Shown here: piece by piece, positions 26,400 through 36,899 of the stretch
Layout of the letters: the number at the start of each line of letters is the position of its first letter
How positions within the stretch are numbered: the first letter of the stretch is position 1
Made by a program: the position numbers and the translations under genes
NCBI GenBank assembly: GCA_977017645.1
Contig: OZ360232.1
Span: forward strand, 38,626,001-38,690,000
Direction: 5' to 3'
Length of the DNA: 64,000 nucleotides
From: Torpedo marmorata
Lineage: Eukaryota
Notes under the pieces: generated by a model
The model's database searches: none
Seen by the model: the letters and a program-made list of their open reading frames with translations, nothing else
Told to the model about the DNA's origin: nothing

Positions 26400-28841
26400 A
26401 TGGGATATTCTAAAATATATTGGCTGATAAAATGGTCACTTTTTTGCTCTGTGTTATCACCCTGGATTCTGGTTTCGGGACAGATTCGCTATTCAATTCC
26501 TGAAGAGCTGCAACTGGGTGCCTTTGTTGGAAATGTCGCAGAGGATTTGGATTTAGACGTAAAAGTCCTGGCGGCCCGCAGTTTTCGGATTGTTTCTAGT
26601 TCCCGGAAGCAGTATCTTGATATCAATTTGGACGATGGAAATCTTTATGTGAAAGGAAAAATTGACAGGGAGCAGCTCTGCGGGTCGAACCTCGCATGCA
26701 CGCTGTCCTTAGAGGCAGTGATCGAAAATCCGTTGACCGTGTACCATTTACAAGTAGAAATTCTGGATGTAAACGACAACGCTCCCAGTTTTCCCCAAAC
26801 CCAATTCCGCTTGGAAATCTCAGAGGTTGTGGCACAAGGAGCACGCTTTGCCCTTGAGTCTGCTCATGATCCAGATGTTGGAACCAACTCTGTGCAGACA
26901 TACCAGCTGGACGATAACGAGTATTTCACCATAGACATTCAGTCACGCCGTGGAGATGGCAAGCTGCCGGTGTTAGTTTTGCAAAAGCATCTAGACAGGG
27001 AAAAGCAAACGATCCACAACTTAGTCCTGATTGCCAAGGACGGAGGCATCCCTGAAAAATCGGGGACGGCTCAGATCGTGGTTATCGTGCAGGATGCGAA
27101 TGACAACACGCCAGTGTTCCAACAATCGGAATATAGGACGAGACTGTTGGAAAATACACCAAAAGGAACTCTGGTAATCAAACTAAACGCTACTGATTTA
27201 GACGATGGGCCTAATGGAGAGATTGTTTACTCTTTCAGTAGCCATGCCTCTCCCAGAGTTCGGGAAATGTTTCGTGTGGATTCCAGAACTGGGGAAATCA
27301 GGGTTAAAGGGAATTTGGACCACGAGGAAAACGACGTTTTTGAGATTAATATACAAGCGACTGACAGGGGGTCTTTTGCAACGCCTGCCTATTGCGAGGT
27401 GTTGGTGGATGTTATTGACATAAACGACAACGCCCCTGAGGTGAGATTGACTTCTTCATTCAGTCCTGTCAGTGAGGACGCCTTGCACGGGACAGTGGTT
27501 GCTCTGTTCAACGTGGCTGACCAAGACTCGTCAGATAATGGGCAGGTACATTGCCACATTTTAAGTGGCTCTCCCTTCAAACTGGATTCCTCTTTGGCGA
27601 ACTACTACAGACTACTAACAGAGAAACCGCTGGATCGCGAAAATATCTCAAAGTACGACGTTACCGTCGTCTGTAGCGATGAAGGAATTCCCCCTCTCAC
27701 ATCCAAGAAATCCATCCGAGTGGATATTACCGATGTAAATGATAATGCACCACGTTTTATTCATCATTTATACACAGCTTATGTAACGGAGAACAATGCT
27801 ATTGGGTCTTCTATCTTCTCAGTGACAGCCTTTGATCCGGATGCAATGCAGAACTCACAATTGTCTTACTCTGTCTTAGAAACATGGGATCAGGATTTGT
27901 CAGTATCCGCTTACGTGCATATTAATTCGGAAACTGGTGTCGTATATGCTCGGAAAACATTTGACTACGAACAATTAAAAACCTTTCAGATATGTATAGG
28001 AGCGCAGGACTCTGGGACCGTCCCACTGCGCAGCAATGTTACAGTAGATTTTATTATCCTCGATCAAAATGACAATGCCCCAGTCATCGTCCATCCGCTG
28101 CCAGAATATGGATTGACAGCGTTAGAAACCGTGTCGAGGTTGGCGGAGCCTGGTTACCTCGTTGCCAAAGTATCTGCGACGGACGCAGACTCTGGCCAGA
28201 ATGCTCGCCTCACTTATGAGATTTTCCAAGCTACAGACACGGGACTTTTTACCATTTCATCTGACTCGGGAGAAATATGGACTATCCGTGGCATCCTGGA
28301 CAAAGATCTTAGGAGACAAAGTTTGGTCGTTGTTGTGAAAGACAACGGAGAGCCTGCACTTTCATGCACAATCACCATTATTATCTCGGTGGAACAAAGT
28401 AAATCAGAGTTGTTATCGGAAGTGGACAGTTCATCCGATGAAGCAGGTTTGGCTCCGGACACGAGCTTTTACTTGGTCATAGCCTTGGGGTTAACTTCTG
28501 TAATCTTTCTGGTTATTTTGATTGTTCTTGCCATTAAAGTTCACAAAAATACGCAAGACTTTGATGGTAACACCTGCTGCTTTGTGGCAAGAAGTCGAAA
28601 GGCGAGTAGGAGCCTTCAAATACCTCCAAATTATGTTCAAGTATTTGGGGGCGACCCACTTTCTCAAAGTTTCCGCTACGATACTTATTCGGCTTCAAAC
28701 ACACTCAGGGGAGACTTCATGTTCCGCAACACGTGTGGCTCGGCTGAAGGAAAGAATAACGCCAATATCCACCCCAGTAGGAAAGGCGAGATTCCACCAG
28801 TAACAAACGCTTCAAGCTGTAGGAACACTGTGGATAGTGAG
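26400..28841 (+). CDS. Pcdh: Clustered protocadherin variable exon V5
   Basis: ORF 26379-28910, first in-frame ATG 26400; full architecture; phase-0 donor GAG|GTGAGA at 28842. Confidence 0.95.
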
Positions 28842-29147
28842 GTGAGAAGCCTTTCCAAAGGTGGGGGGAGCAACACGTTTCATTTGAATGCACTTCAAGA
28901 TATCAACTGACGGAAATGAGGAGAGATGCCCATCTATTCTGTGATCCTCTGCATCGTGTCTAACGTCATCATCAACACTTCATTTATGCCTCTCGTTATT
29001 TTCATAGTTATTTTACGGCAGATTATTGCTATAAATTGTGCGGATTTAGCAGAGTATAATGAAATCCATGATTGCAGACAAAGTATTTCAATATTTTATG
29101 GCATTATAAATGATAGATCGCTGTCCCGCATTCTAACAAAACCAAAC

Positions 29148-29235
29148 GAAATGGGATTGTATAAAATATATTGTTTTTTGAAATGGCAACTGTTATGTTT
29201 AGTGTTCCCCTGGAATCTGATTTCTGGACGGATAC
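29148..29235 (+). pseudogene. Orphan copy of the V7 start/signal-peptide sequence
   Basis: 82/88 nt identical to 36897-36984 (MGLYKIYCFLKWQLLCLVFPWNLISGRI vs MGLCKIYCFLKWQLFCLVLPWNLISGQI); no promoter module and no cadherin repeats. Confidence 0.85.
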
Positions 29236-29239
29236 CATA

Positions 29240-29430
29240 CACAGAAATACAAACAGAAAGCAATGCAAACAGTCAGCAGAATCTGTGGAAACCGAACTGA
29301 ATCGGATCTGACAAGGGGTCTTCGACCTTAATCGTGAAATCTGTGTATCTTTCCACAGATGTGTCCTGATCTGCTGAACGTTTCCAGCTATTTCTGTTTT
29401 ATTTCAGATTTTCAGCATCTGCAGTTTGTC
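29240..29430. mobile_element. Degenerate Penelope-like terminal fragment
   Basis: ctgacaaggggtcttcgacc...tttccacagatgtgtcctgatctgctgaacgtttccagc resembles the termini at 56200-56355 and 57240-57290. Confidence 0.55.
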
Positions 29431-29649
29431 TTTCTTTCAAAAAATTCCAGGAGTAAGTTTTGTATAGTGTCCTTCACGGGTGTTGTTGAATGAGTAGACG
29501 GTGTTGTGGCAGCTATATATGAAAATAACAATGAAAGTCATTGGGAGCGTCGTCGTTCTGACAGCACAGTTTTGTTTTTCCCCTTTAAAAATGTTTGGCA
29601 GAGGAATGAATTTAAAATCTTAAAAGAAAGCAGTGGAAATAATTTTAAG

Positions 29650-29790
29650 TGTACAACTATAAATGCTGCTTTTACGCAGAGGTTTTCTGTGTCGTTCTAG
29701 CTTTAAGTAGTCCTTAGAACAGTGATTGGTTGAACACGAGCATGCACACGTTCACCAATCAGAAGCCAGAAGTTGGCTGGAGATCTCTCC
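29650..29790 (+). promoter_or_regulatory. V6 promoter module
   Basis: TGTACAACTATAAAT (29650), GCTTTAAG (29700), ATTGG (29725), CCAATCAGAAGC (29755), TGGAGATC (29778); the GACTGCCC end is lost. Confidence 0.75.
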
Positions 29791-30053
29791 CTATCGACCA
29801 TCACGTAAGATCGGCTACAGTGTAAAAATGGACAGCACGCTGCATCATGTTATATTAGGATCTGAGCACGAATATTTGGATCATTTTAGAAATAAGAACA
29901 TCTGCTTTAATTAATATCCGGATTTTCAAATTGTACAGGTTTTTTTTTTACAAATGAAAGCTCTGTTAAAATGTTACTGAAAGGCGTTTATTAAGACGAT
30001 TTCGCGAACGGAGCAGGGCTGCACTGAAGCATTTGAAATGTTTTTCGCTGGAA

Positions 30054-32528
30054 ATGGGACATTGGAGAATATTTTTCTTGAGAAAATGGCATCTGCTGTA
30101 CTATCTATTCTCCTTGTGGGATATAATTTCGGGACAAATTCGTTATTCGATTCCGGAAGAACTGCAAATTGGCGCCTTTGTTGGTAATATCGCGGACGAT
30201 TTAGGTTTAGCCGTGAGAGAACTCTCAGCTAGGAATTTTCGTGTCATGCCCGGTCTCGGGGGGAAATATTTTGACGTAAATTTAGACAATGGAATCATGT
30301 TTGTGAAGGAAAATATTGACAGAGAGCGGCTTTGTGGGTCGAGCCTTACTTGCCTTTTATCTATGGAAGCTGTGGTTGAAAATCCACTAAATGTCTATCG
30401 GGTCGAAGTGGAGATTTTGGATGTAAATGACAACACTCCCAGTTTCCCAGATAATCAATTCGGTTTAGAAATCTATGAAGTGGCGGCCCCGGGAGCCCGC
30501 TTCCCTCTTGAGTGTGCCCACGATCCGGACGTGGGAACCAACTCCCTACAAAGCTATCACCTGGTTGAGAATCAATACTTCGCGCTCGACATTGAGACCC
30601 GCAGTGGGGACGAGAAGCTGCCGGTGTTAACGCTGGAAAGGGCACTGGATAGAGAGAAGGAACCGACGCACAAGTTGCAACTAATTGCAGAGGACGGAGG
30701 GATCCCTCCAAGGTTCAGCACTGCCGAAATATTAATCGCAGTGCAGGACGCCAACGACAACTCTCCTGTCTTCCCCCAGTCGGTGTATAGGGTCAGCCTG
30801 AATGAAAATGTTCCCAAAGGAACACTTGTCATCAAGCTCAACGCCACTGACTTGGATGATGGCCCTAATGGCCAAATCGAGTATTCATTTACCAGCCACA
30901 CCTCGGCAACAGTACGTGAACTCTTCGATCTGAATTCCGAAACAGGGGAAATCAAAGTGAAGGGGAACTTGGACTATGAGGTAAATAGTGCCATTGAGAT
31001 CAATGTTCAGGCAATAGATAAAGGCTCTGCTCCATCACCTGTTTACTGTCGTGTTCATGTGGATATTACCGATGTGAATGATAACTCTCCTGAGGTGACC
31101 GTGACTTCTTTGTTCAGTCCAATTGTCGAAAGCTCTCCGCCAGGGACTGTGATAGCGTTGGTTAGTACCACAGACATAGACTCCGGGAAAAACGGACAGG
31201 TGGATTGTCAAATCCCAAATCACCTCCCCTTTAAACTGAATTCGCCATTAACGAACTATTACAAATTGTTAACCGTGAACCAATTAGATCGCGAAAATAT
31301 CCCCAGCTATGACGTCACCATACAATGCCGTGATTCTGGATCGACTCCTCTAACTTCCAAGAAAACATTGCATGTCGAGGTCTCAGATGTAAATGACAAC
31401 GCGCCTCGTTTTAGCCAATCTTCATACACCGCCTATGTGATGGAGAACAACGTCATCGGAGCCTCTATCATAGCAGTGACGGCTACAGATCCTGATTTGA
31501 ACCAGAATGCCAAAATATCATATTCCATTCCTAGAAACCAGTTCAAGCACGAGCCGGCAGCGAACTACGTGCATGTTAATGCCGAAGCTGGAACCGTTTT
31601 TTCTCAAAGAAGTTTCGACTACGAGGAACTCAAACGTTTCCAGTTCCAGGTGCAAGCGCGGGACAGCGGAGACCCATCGCTCAGCAGCAATGTTTCGGTG
31701 GACATTGTCATCCTGGATCAGAACGACAATGCCCCAGTGATTGTGCACCCTCTACCTGAACATGGATCGACCGTCATGGAAACAATGTCTCGCTCTGCAG
31801 AACCAGGTTATCTGGTTACCAAGGTGTCTGCAATCGATGCTGACTCTGGCCAGAATGCTCGCCTCTCTTACCAGATCGTTCAGGCTACTGACCCAGGACT
31901 TTTCACCATTTCGCCGGACACGGGAGAAGTGTGGACCATCCGTGACATGGTGGAGAAGGATGCGACAAGGCAAAAGTTAAAAATTGTGGTCAAAGACAAC
32001 GGAGCGCCGCCGCTTTCAGCTTCCATGACTATCAGTGTGTCGGTGGTGGATGGGGATGCTCAGCTACTTTCTGGTGTCACGGATTTGACCGATGACGCGG
32101 CTTTCAAGCCCGTGTTGAGTTTTTACTTGGTGATATCTTTGGGCGTAATTTCAACCATTTTCCTGCTGATTTTAATCGTCCTCGCCGTGAAGGTGCATAA
32201 AAGCAGGAATAGGTTTGCTGTTTACAGTTCATACATGGGCGTCTGCTGCTGTTATAAATCAAGAAGTTCTCTCAATGGGATTCAGAAAGCGAGCAGAAAC
32301 ATTCAGATACCTCCGAATTATGTGGAGGTCTTCGGAGGCGACCCTCTTTCTCAAAGTTTTCGCTACGGGACGAATTCAACTTTAGCTTCGAACAAGAGAG
32401 ACTCTGCCTTTCCTAATTCATACAGTTCATCTGCAATGTCATCCAAAGGCGGGTGTGCGCCTCATGAGAAACATATATATCTACACTCGCAACCTCCTGC
32501 AAATTATAGCAATGCTGTGTCTAATGAG
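30054..32528 (+). CDS. Pcdh: Clustered protocadherin variable exon V6
   Basis: ORF 30033-32573, first in-frame ATG 30054; full architecture; phase-0 donor GAG|GTGAGG at 32529. Confidence 0.95.
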
Positions 32529-32819
32529 GTGAGGTGTTCCTCAAGAAGGGAAATGTGTAGCTCACAAGTTTGATTCAGCTGCACTTGATTGAAGTAGAGC
32601 ATACTTTTCTTCTGTTTGGTGACATGACGTCCGTGTGATATCCAAAAATCAAAATCCACAAAGCCGCTTGTTTTTTTATTTTTGCCTTTAAACTATCCCT
32701 CTCAATCGTCTGCGGTGGCTGTGCCGAAAGGAGTTAAACGTCATTTATGATTAAGGCTTTGTCGTCTTTGAACCCAGTCTAAAAACATGCAAAATGTGTT
32801 TGCCGTACTTAGTGTGGGG

Positions 32820-33212
32820 NNNNNNNNNNNNNNNNNNNNNNNNNNNNNNNNNNNNNNNNNNNNNNNNNNNNNNNNNNNNNNNNNNNNNNNNNNNNNNNNN
32901 NNNNNNNNNNNNNNNNNNNNNNNNNNNNNNNNNNNNNNNNNNNNNNNNNNNNNNNNNNNNNNNNNNNNNNNNNNNNNNNNNNNNNNNNNNNNNNNNNNNN
33001 NNNNNNNNNNNNNNNNNNNNNNNNNNNNNNNNNNNNNNNNNNNNNNNNNNNNNNNNNNNNNNNNNNNNNNNNNNNNNNNNNNNNNNNNNNNNNNNNNNNN
33101 NNNNNNNNNNNNNNNNNNNNNNNNNNNNNNNNNNNNNNNNNNNNNNNNNNNNNNNNNNNNNNNNNNNNNNNNNNNNNNNNNNNNNNNNNNNNNNNNNNNN
33201 NNNNNNNNNNNN
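32820..33212. other. Assembly gap (393 N)
   Basis: Run of N. Confidence 1.
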
Positions 33213-33707
33213 CGGGAATTAAAACACTCAGTTGTTGACCACATGGTTGAAAACAAATACCCAAAAAACTTCATGGTAATTCTGCATAACTATATTTTTT
33301 CAAACACAACATTTATATTCTTTGTAACAGAGATACACGGTTCAAACAATGTTGACTTTGCTGTCTTTTGCTTTCTCCTTTGCCTAATTCTACGGGCTTG
33401 TGAAGAGCTTCTGCCAATGTTGCTTCACTTTTTTGGGCCCATATTGAACTGGGTTTAGCCACTTGTTTTTACTCTGAATGTGCATTGATGCACAGCACAG
33501 TAACTTATTGAGGTGTCCCTGGTGAAATTTCAATTTTTTTGTGTTGAACTTTTGAACTTCATATGGCTTTAAAGGTTAAATTCAATGTGGTCATGACATT
33601 CAGCATCAAATGTCACCACAATTATAGTAAACAGTAATGCACGTCAGTGCATAGTAAATACTTGTATAATAAACAGTAATGCAAGTTAGTGGAAGCTGGT
33701 CAAAAAA

Positions 33708-36010
33708 CACAAGTGACGGAGGTTTGTGTTGGCGAGCACTTCGGGTCCAGTGATCATAATGCCATCAGCTTCAATGTCATTATGGAAAGAGATAAGTCAG
33801 GGCCAAGGGTTGAGGTTTTTGATTGGGGAAAAGCTAGATTTGAGGAGATGCGAAGGGACTTACAGGGTGTGCATTGGGACAATTTGTTTTATGGGCAGGA
33901 TGTAGTAGAGAGATGGAAGTCTTTTAAAGATCAGATTTTGAGAGTGCAAAAGCTTTATGTTCCTGTTAGGTTAAAAGGAGGGGCAAAAGGTTTGAGAGAG
34001 CCGTGGTTTTCGAGGAATATTGGAAACTTGGTTCAAAAAAAAAGGGAGGCATACATTAAGTATAAGAAGCATGGAAATAAGGAGATGTTTGAAAAATACA
34101 TTGAATGTAAAAAGAATCTTAAGAGAGGAATTAGGAAAGCTAAAAGAAGGTATGAAGAGACTATAGCAAGCAGGGTGAAAATTAATCCAAAAGGTTTTTA
34201 CAAATACATTAATGGTAAAAGGAAAGCGAGGGACAAAATTGGTCCCTTAGAGAATCAGAGCGGAAAACTGTGTGTGGAGCCTAGAGAAATGGGGGAGATA
34301 TTGAACAGTTTCTTTTCTTCGGTATTCACCAAGGAGAAGGATATTGAGATATGCAAGATAAAAAAAGCAAATTGGGTAAATATGGAGAATATAGGGATTA
34401 CGAAAGATGTAGTGTTAGGGCTTTTGAGGCATATAAAAGTGGATAAGTCTCCGGGACCCGACGGGATCTTCCCCAGGACCTTGAGAGAAGTAAGCGAAGA
34501 AATAGCAGAGGCTCTGACGGTGATTTTCCAAATGTCATTAGAGATGGGGCTAGTGCCGGAGGATTGGCGTATTGCGCATGTGGTTCCGTTATTTAAAAAG
34601 GGTTCAAGGAGGAAGCCTGGCAATTATCGGCCTGTAGGTTTGACGTCTGTGGTAGGTAAATTAATGGAGAAAGTTCTCAGAGATAGTACTTATAAATATC
34701 TGGATAGACAGGGTCTGATCAGGAACTCTCAACACGGATTTGTGAGCGGAAGGTCCTGTTTGACCAATCTGATTGAATTTTTTGAAGAGGTGACTAGGAA
34801 TGTGGATGAGGGTAGAGCGGTGGATGTTGTCTATATGGACATCAGTAAGGCCTTCGATAAGGTTCCGCATGGAAGGTTAGTTAGGAAGGTGCAGTCTTTA
34901 GGTATAAATTCTGAGATAGTCAAATGGATTGAACATTGGCTGGAAGGGAGAGGCCAGAGAGTGGTTGTGGATAATTGTCTGTCAGGTTGGAAGCCGGTGA
35001 CCAGCGGTGTGCCTCAGGGATCTGTATTGGGCCCATTGTTGTTCGTTATATATATCAATGATCTAGATGATGGGGTGGTAAACTGGATTAGTAAATATGC
35101 AGATGATACTAAGATAGGTGGAATAGTGGATAATGAAGAAGGTTTTCAAAGATTTCAGAGGGATTTGGGCTGCTTAGAAAAGTGGGCTGAAAAATGGCAG
35201 ATTGAATTTAATGCTGATAAGTGTGAGGTGCTTCATTCTGGTAAGAAGAATCAGAATAGGACATATGTAGTAAATGGGAGAGCATTGATGAATACAGAAG
35301 AGCAGAAAGATTTAGGAATAACGGTGCATCGTTCTCTGAAGGTGGAAACTCATGTGAATAGGGTGGTGAAGAAGGCTTTTAGTATGCTGGCCTTTATCAA
35401 TCATTGCATAGAATATAGGAGTTGGGAAGTGATGTTGAGATTATATAAGGCTTTGGTGCGGCCTAATTTAGAGTTCTGTGTGCAGTTCTGGTCGCCAAAT
35501 TATAGGAAGGATATCAACAAGGTGGAGAGAGTGCAGAGAAGGTTTACCAGAATGTTACCTGGGTTTAAGTATCTAGAGTACAAGGAGAGATTGAGCAGAT
35601 TAGGTCTTTATTCTTTGGAGTGTAGAATGTTGAGAGGGGATTTGATAGAGGTATTTAAAATTATGAAAGGGATAGACAGAGTGGATGTGGATAGACTGTT
35701 TCCATTAAGAATAGGAGAGATTGAAACAAGAGGACATGAGCTAAGAGTTAAGGGGCAGAGGTTTAGAGGTAACATGAGGGGGAACTTCTTTACTCAGAGA
35801 GTGGTAGCGGTGTGGAATGAGCTTCCGGGAGAAGTAGTGGCGGCAGAGTCAATTTTATTATTTAAGAAAAGTTGGACAAGTATATGGATGAGAAGGAAGT
35901 GGAGGGTTATGGGCAGGGTGCAGGTAGGTGGGACTAGATAGGAATGTTTGGTTCGGTGCGGACTGGAAGGGCCTAATGGCCTGTTTCCATGCTGTAATTG
36001 TTATATGGTT
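33708..36010 (+). mobile_element. 5'-truncated CR1 LINE with a long open RT frame
   Basis: ORF 33689-35941 (750 aa): GSSDH, NYRPVGLTS, QHGF, GVPQGSVLGP, YADD; apparent small frameshift near the C-terminus; tail gttatatgg. Confidence 0.95.
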
Positions 36011-36109
36011 CATATGACCTTAAAGATTAAATTCAATGTGGTCATGACATTCAGCATCAAATGTTATCCCAACTGATCCTTTTTGGACATTTCTAGCGTG
36101 CTCTTAGCT

Positions 36110-36469
36110 CAGTGGTTTTCAAACTGCCCCCCTAAACTCACATTCCACCTTAAGCAATCCCTATGCCATAAGTGCTCTGTGATTAGTAAGGGATTGCTTA
36201 AGGAGGTATGTGAGTGGAAAGAAAAAGTTTGAAAACCACTGTTTTAATCGTACCTTATTGACTCGTTATGTGCACGGGTTTATAACTCCAAAGGAAATGG
36301 GCCAATGACAATTTTTCTCAAGCAAAATATTTCAGTAACCATTGGTTCTCAACCTTCCCTTCCCACTCAAATACCACCTTAAGCAATCCCTTACTAATCA
36401 CAGAGCACTTATGGCATAGGGATTTCTTTAGGTGGAATGTGAGTTTAGGGGGCAGATTGAAAACCACTG
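36110..36469. mobile_element. hAT-type composite MITE
   Basis: TIRs CAGTGGTTTTCAAACTGCCCCC / GGGGGCAGATTGAAAACCACTG; colinear with the 6670 and 43544 copies. Confidence 0.9.
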
Positions 36470-36496
36470 CTCTACGAATCAGATTCAAATTTAGAT

Positions 36497-36636
36497 TGCG
36501 CAACCATAAATATTGGTTTCCAAGTCCGATTCAGTGTGCTAGCTTTAAGAAATGAGGTCTCCTGTGATTGGCTGAAGGCGAATGTAACGCCAATGGCCAA
36601 TCAGAAGCTGAATGGTGAATGGAGATCCTGACGGCT
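36497..36636 (+). promoter_or_regulatory. V7 promoter module
   Basis: TGCGCAACCATAAAT (36497), GCTTTAAG (36542), ATTGG (36567), CCAATCAGAAGC (36597), TGGAGATCCTGACGGC (36620). Confidence 0.8.
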
Positions 36637-36899
36637 CCTTTCCTTTCCGATCCGCCATCACATCTATCGGATACAATATGAAATTGGATAGCGAGCAGCG
36701 TGACGTGGAATGGGAATCGTGATATCAGAAGATTTTTGAATGTTTGATCTTAAAAAATCTCGGAGATTAATCACAACTACAGGTATTTTATAATGGAGCT
36801 CCTGGCGTGGGATTTTAAAGCCTGAAAACCATTTTATTCCAATGGATATGTCAGCAGCCCTATGACGTGCTGAAGCAATCGGAATGCGTTGTGCTTGAA

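Noticed and set aside
5281-32573. In-frame read-through of V1-V6 ORFs past the donor (12-22 codons; V6 ends SSQV, PDZ-ligand-like)
   Set aside because: Lengths are what random intron sequence gives, the shared VR start is just GTGAGR, and the tails are not conserved; no evidence for functional unspliced isoforms.
32741-33458. ORFs of 142-223 aa spanning 32.8-33.2 kb
   Set aside because: Artefacts of the N gap.
33689-35941. 750-aa RT ORF as a domesticated host gene or active element
   Set aside because: Lacks ORF1 and most of the endonuclease, starts at a GTG in flanking DNA and has an ordinary CR1 tail; simply a young truncated copy.
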